Shown here one piece after another: positions 39,830 through 48,830 of a DNA stretch of 64,000 nt. Every line of letters starts with the position of its first letter. Within the stretch, counting starts at the first letter, position 1. Source of the DNA: Candidatus Heimdallarchaeota archaeon. Lineage in GTDB: Archaea; Asgardarchaeota; Heimdallarchaeia; Hodarchaeales; Hodarchaeaceae. The stretch spans positions 64,001 through 128,000 of the forward strand of contig RDOB01000004.1 of NCBI GenBank assembly GCA_011364965.1, given 5' to 3'. The position numbers and the translations under genes were made by a program. The notes below the pieces were generated by a model. It ran no database searches. It was not told the DNA's origin and saw nothing but the letters and a program-made list of their open reading frames with translations.

Positions 39830-42753
39830 GTAATTTCAGATAATATGTCAGCTCGCGCGATTCTTAGTGTTTCTAGATTTAATTCAGGATGATATCTACT
39901 CAAAAAGTACAAATATCCTCCTGTTATCTCTTGCATCACCAAAAGCAAAAGGTATGACCACAAATGAATGAAATGTCTTCCCCTATAGACCCCTGAATCA
40001 GAAATGAGATTTTTAAGTAGATCAGTGTACGTTTCTGCTTTGCTCATAGGAATAGAACGAAGTAAAGAAGCTCCTCGCGTATTTGTGCTGAAGATAGTGA
40101 GAGAGATTTTTTCCTTCTTTATCTGATGTGCTAGGGATATACAATCTTCAATAGCGAGTTTTACTGCAAGATCAATACCTAAATTCCGCAATGATTTCTC
40201 TCGAGAAAGATTTGTAGTTGGATCTACAAGTAAGGGTATATTAGTAGCTCCGTCTGTGATGAGTATTATCATAGGTATCGTTTCATGTTTACTACGAATT
40301 CTATCAAGTTTAATTAACTCTAACGCCTTCTGTAAACCTCCAGGCAGTGGGGTTGAACCTGATGCACGAAGATCCATAAGTTTGCGTTTTACTAAGTTCA
40401 AATTGGACGTGGGTGGCTGAATTATTACCCCTTGTGTTCCTTGTAAGACTACAACACCAACACGATCACGATAAAGATAAGCTTGTCTACTTAACCAAGT
40501 CACAGAATCAGAGACTGATTTGATGGTATTAACTATTGATTCAGATAAATCTAAAACGAAAATTATCGTAGCTGATACTCTCGTACAGTAGACGTTTTCT
40601 CGGATATCGTCTTTTTCTATTGAAAATGGAACTCCTTTTTGCAATAATCCTTCCCTATAGTTTCTTAAAATTGCGTTTTTAATCGTGGCGAGGATATGCA
40701 TATTTTTAGGTATTATTTTAAAATCTTGATGGCCAATTACTCGTCCCGAATCGAGACCAGTTATACTTAAAGCGCGTTTACCTATTTTGCTTCGAATTTT
40801 TGAATCAGGTTTGGATTTGATGCTAGGTGAAGAGTCAAAGACAACTTTAACTGGTTTTGTTTCCTTTGATGTTTGTGCAATAGATGCAATCAATGGAATA
40901 CCATCTTTTTCCTCTGAACTTTGACTTTTTACCAAATTTAAATCCTTTAACTTATCCATTAAATTCAATCCATACTCTTCAGTCCGATTTGGAATTTGAG
41001 GGGCAGAATCCTTGGGTGATATATGAGATCCAATTCCACCGCTTTCTAATGGTATACTAGTTTCAGAGGGTGACGCACCAATATCTGCAACTCGTTTAAT
41101 CTGCCATTGCTTTTTCATTAAAGCAGATATAACTCCAATCGTAACCAAACACAAAAAGAAGAAGATTAAACCCAACCAGAATTCAGGAGGTAGTATTAAT
41201 ATTAAGTAGGTATATAGTATTATACTTACTAGGAGTATAATAATTCCATATATAGACAACCAAAACCGCTGGCGCTCTGTAGGAGAAATCATTCCCCTTC
41301 TTTGCCTTAATCCGAAGAATCGGAGAATTCCTCCTTTTTTACTACGGTTTTCTTCAATATCAAGAATAATTTCAGTTTTGGGTTTTGTTTTAGCTTCTTT
41401 TGTTTTCTCAGTTAATTTTAAACTTTTTACGCGGGAAAAAGAGGTTATATTAGGTTTTTTCATGTTCTTGGTCAGGATTCCATGTTCTTCCATAATTTTT
41501 TGTCGTCTTTTAAACCATAAAAAGAGAAGGAAGGAGGAAAATCCCCATAAAACAATGATACTAAAAAATTTTAATAGCATTTCTGGAACAGAGAATATAG
41601 TTACCAGTATAATAGCAATTAAATATGCTCCAACAGTGATTCCTAATATAGAGGCAAACCATTCAATTATCCTCCTCTTTTGCAAATGAGATTCATCACT
41701 ATATGGAAGCTTTCTAGAGAGATTGATTTCGGAAGAAGCTGTAGAATCAGTTTGGCTAGATGGCATTTCCGATTTAATTAACTGCTGGAGAATTTGAATT
41801 TTTTCGTTAGATACTCTATGATTTAAAACGAAGGGAGCAAGTAATATAATATCCTCTTTAATAACTTTGGATCTCCCATCGAGGCTAGCGAGAGCTCGTG
41901 CACCACGAGCCAGTGCTATATCAGCTCTTTGGCCTTGAAGACCTGCGCGAAGACAGAGAGAAGCGATAAAGTTAAGACATTCCTTTGAAATTATAACATT
42001 TTGTAGGAGTATTCGGGAGTTAGTAATAATTTTGTTGAATTTTGATTCTTCTAAGGAAAAATGCAAACCATTGGGAGAAATGTTACGCTCAAGTATATCT
42101 ATCCTTTGATTAATGGTATTATCATATTGTATTCTATATGAAAACGCAAATTTATCAAGGATAGAACTTGAGATATCTGAAAATCCTGTATTTATACTGG
42201 AAATTAAACAAAAATTACTCGGGTGTTGAAAGGAGAGCATATCTCTTTGAATTATATTTGTATGATTCTTCCATATTTCCAAAATGATGTTTAAGATGTT
42301 TGGGGGTAATAAATGTAGATCATCGATCAACAGATATCCGTTGTTAACCCTACCTAGAATTCCAGGACGAAAAGTTAATTTAATATCAAAACTTCCAATA
42401 ATAGCCTCTATTGAAGCATGGGGAGGTAAAAAAATTAGGGGCGAAAACCCCCATACTTTCGTTCTTATTCCTGCTTCAACCCTTTTTAAACAGGAGGAAC
42501 AAAGGTTCTCCTGATCGAAAGAACAATTGTATGGACAGTTCTCGATTTTCTGGAGGGGAATTTTCATTTGAGAAAAACCTCTCAAGAATTGGGACTTACC
42601 AACACCAGTTTCACCTAAGATGACCAAACCATCGATTGAGGGATCGATAGCTAATAACAATAGAATTAACTTGAGATATTCATTGCCTTGAAGCTCAGAA
42701 AGACCTAAAAAATTATAGTATCTTGGTTTAGATTCATTCTGATCTTCAACCAT
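39826..42753 (-). CDS. ChlD-like AAA+/vWA protein with four inserted TM helices
   Basis: GETGVGKS, LLIDDLH, vWA MIDAS DLSES, GSTPL, ITDG; ATG at 42753 avoids the overlap with the upstream gene. Confidence 0.88.
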   Translation of the reverse strand: MVEDQNESKPRYYNFLGLSELQGNEYLKLILLLLAIDPSIDGLVILGETGVGKSQFLRGFSQMKIPLQKIENCPYNCSFDQENLCSSCLKRVEAGIRTKVWGFSPLIFLPPHASIEAIIGSFDIKLTFRPGILGRVNNGYLLIDDLHLLPPNILNIILEIWKNHTNIIQRDMLSFQHPSNFCLISSINTGFSDISSSILDKFAFSYRIQYDNTINQRIDILERNISPNGLHFSLEESKFNKIITNSRILLQNVIISKECLNFIASLCLRAGLQGQRADIALARGARALASLDGRSKVIKEDIILLAPFVLNHRVSNEKIQILQQLIKSEMPSSQTDSTASSEINLSRKLPYSDESHLQKRRIIEWFASILGITVGAYLIAIILVTIFSVPEMLLKFFSIIVLWGFSSFLLFLWFKRRQKIMEEHGILTKNMKKPNITSFSRVKSLKLTEKTKEAKTKPKTEIILDIEENRSKKGGILRFFGLRQRRGMISPTERQRFWLSIYGIIILLVSIILYTYLILILPPEFWLGLIFFFLCLVTIGVISALMKKQWQIKRVADIGASPSETSIPLESGGIGSHISPKDSAPQIPNRTEEYGLNLMDKLKDLNLVKSQSSEEKDGIPLIASIAQTSKETKPVKVVFDSSPSIKSKPDSKIRSKIGKRALSITGLDSGRVIGHQDFKIIPKNMHILATIKNAILRNYREGLLQKGVPFSIEKDDIRENVYCTRVSATIIFVLDLSESIVNTIKSVSDSVTWLSRQAYLYRDRVGVVVLQGTQGVIIQPPTSNLNLVKRKLMDLRASGSTPLPGGLQKALELIKLDRIRSKHETIPMIILITDGATNIPLLVDPTTNLSREKSLRNLGIDLAVKLAIEDCISLAHQIKKEKISLTIFSTNTRGASLLRSIPMSKAETYTDLLKNLISDSGVYRGRHFIHLWSYLLLLVMQEITGGYLYFLSRYHPELNLETLRIARADILSEIT

Positions 42754-42767
42754 AAAATAAAGGGCTC

Positions 42768-43238
42768 CTAAATAGAAGTTCCTTCCGTTAATGGATTCTC
42801 TCCTTTTCTGATAAAGAAAAATAATAAGGTTAAGAGAAAGCAATTTGCAGAAGCCAACGTAAAGATTTCTTCCACGAAAGCTATTAATAACAATACACCA
42901 ACGAACCAAAGAACAGAAATGACAGCTGCACGACGAATAACCCACTTTAATAATATTCTTTCTTCTTCATTCAATCCTTCATCGATTGCAAGCATAATTA
43001 CAACATAACCAAAATTATATACAAAAACCATCATTCCAACAAACAAAATTAGTAAAAGCACAGTTTGCATTAAGATGAGGATAGGAGAACTTGTCTGAGC
43101 ATACCCTGAATATGTAAGTAATGCAACTGATCCGAATATAATTCCAAAGAGGAGAGAAAAAAAGACACCCTTGTGATCTGAGATCCAACCACTAATACCT
43201 TGAGGTGATTTCTTTTGTTGCTGCCACTGCACTTTCAA
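42768..43238 (-). CDS. 4-TM membrane protein
   Basis: Four hydrophobic segments; ends 14 bp before the ChlD-like ATG. Confidence 0.75.
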   Translation of the reverse strand: MKVQWQQQKKSPQGISGWISDHKGVFFSLLFGIIFGSVALLTYSGYAQTSSPILILMQTVLLLILFVGMMVFVYNFGYVVIMLAIDEGLNEEERILLKWVIRRAAVISVLWFVGVLLLIAFVEEIFTLASANCFLLTLLFFFIRKGENPLTEGTSI

Positions 43239-43308
43239 TCAAGCTCCAAATGTATATTTTCGAATGAGTGATTAAATCTACTGAATGATGAAAGTAAAAT
43301 CCTTCCTA

Positions 43309-45195
43309 CTAAAAAAACTTCATGGAGACATGCGTAAGTGGAGAATGAAGTTTGATTCCCGTACGCTCTTCAACCAAAGCAATTAGCTCCTTATATAACT
43401 CTAAATAATCCACCTCTGAGTTATTTGTTAATCCAGGGATGTTAATCTTATTAGCCTTGGCAATCTCTATAGCTTCTTCATATCCAGCTGCAGCATGACG
43501 TAAAACTGCAGACATAGGATCCCACGTGAGAACACGGAAAAGTCGCTCCTGAGAAAGTTGAGTCCCATCAGCTACACATACTTGCCCAGCATGCAAGGAA
43601 TATCCAACACCAACCCCTCCTCCCCCGTGATAACTCGTCCAAGTTGCTCCACATAAGGAATTCCCAAGGAGATTTAAAACAGCATAATCACCAATTGCAT
43701 CTGATCCATCTTTCATTCCTTCAGTTTCGCGATAAGGACTAGCAACAGATCCACCATCAAGATGATCCCTTCCAATAATGACGGGAGCTTGGATTAATCC
43801 GTCAAAATACAACTTATTTAGAAGCATTCCAAAAGCTGCCCTTCCTTTGTAACCTGCCCAGAACACACGAGCGGGAAGTCCATTTTCAAAGGGAATGAAT
43901 CGGGAAGCCAGATCTAACCAATTTAAAAGCATAGGATCGTCTTTGAACAACATCTTTGCATACTCATCCGTCACATAAATATCTGCAGGATTATTAGATA
44001 AAGCTGCCCATCTGAAAGGCCCCTTTCCTTGACAAAATAGGGGTCTGATGTAATTGGGGACAAAGCCTGAAAAATTGAACGCGTTTTTTGCTCCTGCTGA
44101 ATGAGCTTGAGCTCGAATATTATTCCCATAATCAAATGTTTCCGCGCCTCGCTCTTGTAACTTCAACATGGCTTCTACATGTTTTTTCACTGTTTCATAA
44201 GCCAATTGTTTATATTTAGTGGGATCACTTTTTCTAAGAGATTCTGCTTGAGAATAGGTCATACTAGCAGGTACATATCCATTTAACATATCATGAGCGG
44301 AAGTTTGATCAGTTAAAACGTGGGGAGTAATGTTATTTTCAAGTAAATATTCTAAGAGATCAACTGCATTACATAAAACGCCAATAGAAGTTGCTTCTCC
44401 TCTTTCAACATATTCTTTTGCAAGAAACACACCTTCCTGTATATCATTCACTTTATTATCTAAATAAGGAGTCCCTTTACTCCTACCCTCATTGAACATA
44501 CGATCCAAATTTGAGGGATCTATCTCGGCGATTAATCCGATTTTCCCAGCCATTTTGATAGCTAACGCTTGAGCACCTCCCATTAATCCTAAACCTGCGG
44601 TAACTGCCAGATTTTGTTCAAAATGGGAGAGTTTGGGATAATTAGAGTTATTTTCTGCAGATTTAATCGCGGCAACAAAAGTTTCGTATGTACCCTGTAT
44701 GATTCCCTGAAGACCAATAAATATCCAACTACCTGCAGTCATTTGTCCATAAACAGTCAAACCAGCATTAACCATTTCCTGAAATGACTGGGTCCAATTG
44801 GGTACGATTACTGAATTGGTAATAACACAACGTGGGGCAAAGGGATGCGTAATCATCTTACCATAAGGAACTCCTGATTGCATGAATAGCGTTTCATTAG
44901 GTTTCAGGGTTTTTAGATATTCAATAGTGTCAAAAAAAGCTTTCCAATTCCTCAGGGCTTTCCCACTGCCTCCATAAATGAAAAACTTTTCCCAATCCTT
45001 CCCATTATGGAGATTCGATATTAAAGCACGAATAATACCTTCGGTTTGCCATCCTGCTTCAGTCTTTGGCACGAGAGCGTCGTTTCCTCGGGGAAGTGGA
45101 GGAATTGTATCTGGTTTTATATCCAATCTTAGACGAGTTGATTCGTCTAGCTGGTACTTTCCCTCAATAATCTCCTGCAGACGTGACTTTTTCAT
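43309..45195 (-). CDS. hutU: Urocanate hydratase
   Basis: YGQMTAGSW, QGTYETF, TDQTSAHD, FDYGNNIR, GRDHLD, RETE.MKDGSDA. Confidence 0.97.
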   Translation of the reverse strand: MKKSRLQEIIEGKYQLDESTRLRLDIKPDTIPPLPRGNDALVPKTEAGWQTEGIIRALISNLHNGKDWEKFFIYGGSGKALRNWKAFFDTIEYLKTLKPNETLFMQSGVPYGKMITHPFAPRCVITNSVIVPNWTQSFQEMVNAGLTVYGQMTAGSWIFIGLQGIIQGTYETFVAAIKSAENNSNYPKLSHFEQNLAVTAGLGLMGGAQALAIKMAGKIGLIAEIDPSNLDRMFNEGRSKGTPYLDNKVNDIQEGVFLAKEYVERGEATSIGVLCNAVDLLEYLLENNITPHVLTDQTSAHDMLNGYVPASMTYSQAESLRKSDPTKYKQLAYETVKKHVEAMLKLQERGAETFDYGNNIRAQAHSAGAKNAFNFSGFVPNYIRPLFCQGKGPFRWAALSNNPADIYVTDEYAKMLFKDDPMLLNWLDLASRFIPFENGLPARVFWAGYKGRAAFGMLLNKLYFDGLIQAPVIIGRDHLDGGSVASPYRETEGMKDGSDAIGDYAVLNLLGNSLCGATWTSYHGGGGVGVGYSLHAGQVCVADGTQLSQERLFRVLTWDPMSAVLRHAAAGYEEAIEIAKANKINIPGLTNNSEVDYLELYKELIALVEERTGIKLHSPLTHVSMKFF

Positions 45196-45348
45196 TTTTG
45201 GGCCTCATATAAAGAAATATTATAAACTCCAATTGAATAGTTAAAGATGAAAATACAGAAGATATACTTCATTTAAAAATCTAAGTTCTGAATAATTAAG
45301 AAAAATCTATAGTAATTAAAAATTGAAGAAAAACGGATAAAAAGCTGA

Positions 45349-46053
45349 TTATGACTTTTGGAGCTGAGAAATGATAATATCTCGGATTACCATCTGGATA
45401 GGTTGAATAATCCGCTGAACTGCCTGTGGACGCTGTTTTGGATTCCATTCACCACGAGTCCACGCATCTTTCAAAGCACTGAGGGCTTCTAGGCAACTCA
45501 CCTCAAATGTACTGGCAAACGTGTCTCGTAACTTGTCAGAAATGCCTGCTTCAATCATAAGACGTCCAACATCAGCAGCAGAGATCCGGGTTTCAGCAGG
45601 TAAATCCATTTTATTTAACATAATTGCCATTTTTACCTCTCTACTATACAATTTATCACCTAATATAGTAAATAATTCTATTAAACTCTCTCTATTCTCC
45701 TCCCAGCGAGCTTTCTCGGAATCAATGACAACAATTAAGCCATGCAGTCCATTAATGACAATTTTTCGCATTGATTTAAACCGATCTTGTCCTGGGGTGG
45801 TGAAAAGATGGTACTTAAATGCCTTTCCAGCACCAGTGCCAAGACCAAAGGTAGCTTGGTCAAATCCGATTGTACGTTCTGTTGCTTTGTCTTCAAGTTT
45901 TAAAAAATTGTAAACACTCTCAGGGTCTTCTTTCTTCTTAATTGCGTGAAATAAGCTTAGGGCAGTGGTCTTCCCAGCCAAAGTTGGGCCCCAAAAAACA
46001 ATTTTTACCCCTTGTTGAGACTCTTCAAAAACCAGCTCTTCTTCTTGGCTCAA
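45349..46053 (-). CDS. Small GTPase, MglA/Arf-like
   Basis: G1 GPTLAGKT, G2 ERTIGFD, G3 TTPGQ, G4 NKMD, G5 SCL. Confidence 0.9.
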   Translation of the reverse strand: MSQEEELVFEESQQGVKIVFWGPTLAGKTTALSLFHAIKKKEDPESVYNFLKLEDKATERTIGFDQATFGLGTGAGKAFKYHLFTTPGQDRFKSMRKIVINGLHGLIVVIDSEKARWEENRESLIELFTILGDKLYSREVKMAIMLNKMDLPAETRISAADVGRLMIEAGISDKLRDTFASTFEVSCLEALSALKDAWTRGEWNPKQRPQAVQRIIQPIQMVIRDIIISQLQKS

Positions 46054-46365
46054 TGATGCTTCCTCGGGTAATTTGACAGTCTATCTGATGAATAATTCGA
46101 TTGTAACTGTATGAAAATTCAAAGAGTAGAGAAATACTTTCATTCTACGTTCTTGAACAAATCTAATTTAAGATTAGTATTCCTAATATATAATATTTGG
46201 CAAATTCATTCTAGACTTGCTTCTTCTGAAAGTTGATAGAAAGAGGAAAACCCTAGTATTTTTAAAAAAACCATTATTATAATATTATTATCTTCTCAAC
46301 CAAAAAAAATTCCGTGAATATAATAAGAAAGATAAAGAAATGTCTATTTCGGAGGATCTAATTAA

Positions 46366-47091
46366 ATGGAAATTACTTTTGATGTATTAGCTGTCTCTCC
46401 CCATCCTGATGACGCAGAAATTGGGTGTGGAGGCACTTTAGCGAAATTAGCACAGGCAGGGCACAAGGTAGGAATAGTTGATTTAACTAACGGTGAACCT
46501 ACCCCGTTTAATGATGATCCTGATATTCGGATAAAGGAAGCGAAAAATTCAGCAAAGATTCTGGGAATCAGGAGGATAACTCTTGATTTACCAAATAGGC
46601 AGTTGATGGATACAATTGAGGCAAGAATAGAACTAGCTAGAATATTTCGTCAGACAACACCAAAAATAGTAATTGGTATGCAAGGGATGACACCTGGTGC
46701 ATCACCAGATCATTATCAAAGTCAACTTATCTTTGATGCTGCAATTTTTTATAGTAGATTAACAAAATGGGAACATCTATTTAATGGATTAAAACCTTGG
46801 AGAATCGAACATGCATATTATTACTATACTGCGAGAGAACTAACTCAGATCAATCATCCAACGCAATTCATTTCTGATATAAGCTCATTCTTTGAAACAA
46901 AAAAGAAATCCCTTTTATGTTATCAATCCCAGTTCAAGGCTCACTCCTCGTATAATCCTCCAATTGTGGATTGGATTGAGGGAATGGGACAATATTTTGG
47001 GTCGCTAGCTGGATTTAAGTATGGAGAAATCTTTTTCGGTATGAAAATTCTAAATATTGATATATTTGAACATTTTCTTCAGCAAGACTAG
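46366..47091 (+). CDS. PIG-L/BshB1-family N-deacetylase
   Basis: SPHPDDAEIGCGG, DLTNGE, SPDH, YQSQF. Confidence 0.9.
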   Translation: MEITFDVLAVSPHPDDAEIGCGGTLAKLAQAGHKVGIVDLTNGEPTPFNDDPDIRIKEAKNSAKILGIRRITLDLPNRQLMDTIEARIELARIFRQTTPKIVIGMQGMTPGASPDHYQSQLIFDAAIFYSRLTKWEHLFNGLKPWRIEHAYYYYTARELTQINHPTQFISDISSFFETKKKSLLCYQSQFKAHSSYNPPIVDWIEGMGQYFGSLAGFKYGEIFFGMKILNIDIFEHFLQQD

Positions 47092-47765
47092 CAGAAAGTA
47101 ATAGAATTAAGCTTCCCGATCTTATTCTCTTCAATTATCCTTTGAGCTAGTTCAAAAGCATAATTCAAATCGATTTTAGAGATCCCCGGGACACCAAAAG
47201 CTATTAAATATGCAGCTTGTGTATTGAGAGTTATTTTTGTTCTCTCTGCATCACGATGGGGAAATATGCATATAATTCCTTCTTGATCAGAGAGTACCAA
47301 TTCAGAGTGAGAGAGGGGTTTGGGTTCATTCATTCCAATACCCCAAAATGCTTCACCAGATTCAGCAAATCTAACATTTAAGGGATGTTTAATAGAGAGT
47401 TTATCATAAGCTCCGAGTGAGATTCCTGAAGCTGCAGAAGCTAGATTATAGGCATTTACAAACGTATTAATTTTCCAAATATTGTTTTTTATCAAAATTC
47501 TTCGAATAAGTGCCTCGGAAGCTGGTCTTACCTTTGTTGGGTCTGCAATGCCCCACTTCCAATAAAAATCACGATAAGCCCTTATAAGAGGGGAATCTTT
47601 CAGTGTTTCCGTAGTATATTTTTTCCTAATCTCTTGGAATATCTTATTTTGTGAATCAGCTAGAATTGCGAGATCTTTCGAAACTGAAACATCAATAAAT
47701 TCAGCTATACCTAACCTTAATCCTTCCTTCTTTTGCGAGGAAGGAATCAACCAATTAATTTCCAT
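47088..47765 (-). CDS. Stand-alone B3/B4 (PheT-like) domain protein
   Basis: AYRDFYW, DPTKVRPASEALIRR, VNAYNLAS, RDAERTKIT. Confidence 0.9.
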   Translation of the reverse strand: MEINWLIPSSQKKEGLRLGIAEFIDVSVSKDLAILADSQNKIFQEIRKKYTTETLKDSPLIRAYRDFYWKWGIADPTKVRPASEALIRRILIKNNIWKINTFVNAYNLASAASGISLGAYDKLSIKHPLNVRFAESGEAFWGIGMNEPKPLSHSELVLSDQEGIICIFPHRDAERTKITLNTQAAYLIAFGVPGISKIDLNYAFELAQRIIEENKIGKLNSITFC

Positions 47766-47801
47766 CAGCTATTCAACCAAGATTCACCCTTCGGGAAATT
47801 C

Positions 47802-48725
47802 TTAATCATCATATGACCGAACAATTTTCGCAGCAAATAATGCATATTCCAAGAATTCATTAGGCTCCAATTGATCAATGGAATCTTTCAATGCTGTAAG
47901 AATTCGAGTTTGTTCATCCTCATTGCGTGATACAGGTTGCGAAAGACATTTAGAATAAAAAATCGCAGAATCTTGAAACTCCCCAAGGTGATATAATCCA
48001 TCTGCTAAAGATTGATACTCTTGTATATGATCAATTCGAGTCTCAGCAGTTAGATCATCGAGTAAAGATGCATAGTGTTTTAATGCGATTATAGCACATC
48101 GAAGGCCTTCAATAATAGCATGTTTTGCTAGCCGATCACAGATCCTCCCCCTAAGATCAATGATTCTTTCTTCCTCTTCAGGTTTGTTTACCCTTAGTTT
48201 CACGAGACTTGTATTAACTCGCCAAAATTGAGGAATTTCATAGCCTTGAATAGGATCAGGAAACTGCTGTAATATTCTGGATTTGATACCATGAGCTGCC
48301 AAGTCTTTAACTTCGCTCTCAACCCCAAGTATTTCAGATATTCCAAATTCACGGAATTTATGTTGATAGAAAGAACGAAGATAACTATAATAATCGAAAT
48401 TTTCGGGATAGATCTCCTTAATATAGTGTAAGACAGTTCTTCGGAACTGCTCGTATTTAGATGGTTCTAATAACTGAAATAATTGGATCTCAGATCCATG
48501 CACAATTGAAACGGAAATGATTTGTCCTTCAGGACCATCAGATTCGATTTTAAAAATAGCAGTCCCCTGTGGAAGGGAGATAGGAATACTCACTCGCTTT
48601 TCAAATACTGCTTTACCTAAATCGGTACTTTCTATCCAATCTTCCATTAAAAGATTGCTGAATATCCAGAGCTCTGGTTGATTGGAGATTTCCAGCAGAG
48701 TTCTTCGAGATCGTTTTCTAGGCAA
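47802..48725 (-). CDS. Hypothetical protein with a possible C-terminal TPR-like repeat
   Basis: 307-aa ORF; YQSLADGLYHLGEFQDSAIFYSKCL resembles a TPR. Confidence 0.65.
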   Translation of the reverse strand: MPRKRSRRTLLEISNQPELWIFSNLLMEDWIESTDLGKAVFEKRVSIPISLPQGTAIFKIESDGPEGQIISVSIVHGSEIQLFQLLEPSKYEQFRRTVLHYIKEIYPENFDYYSYLRSFYQHKFREFGISEILGVESEVKDLAAHGIKSRILQQFPDPIQGYEIPQFWRVNTSLVKLRVNKPEEEERIIDLRGRICDRLAKHAIIEGLRCAIIALKHYASLLDDLTAETRIDHIQEYQSLADGLYHLGEFQDSAIFYSKCLSQPVSRNEDEQTRILTALKDSIDQLEPNEFLEYALFAAKIVRSYDD

Positions 48726-48830
48726 AAGAATATCCTTCTTCTTTTAGAGATGAATAACTCCTCACATAGTTTCTCAAAAGGATTTCGATAATTTTTGGTA
48801 AATTTCTACACTTTGCTTATAATTATTAGG

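Noticed and set aside
26919-42753. Chlorophyll or cobalamin chelatase pathway
   Set aside because: No ChlH/CobN or tetrapyrrole biosynthesis genes in the window
42754-42945. 64-aa N-terminal extension of the ChlD-like ORF in the ORF track
   Set aside because: It overlaps the upstream membrane gene in another frame; the ATG at 42753 fits the family start
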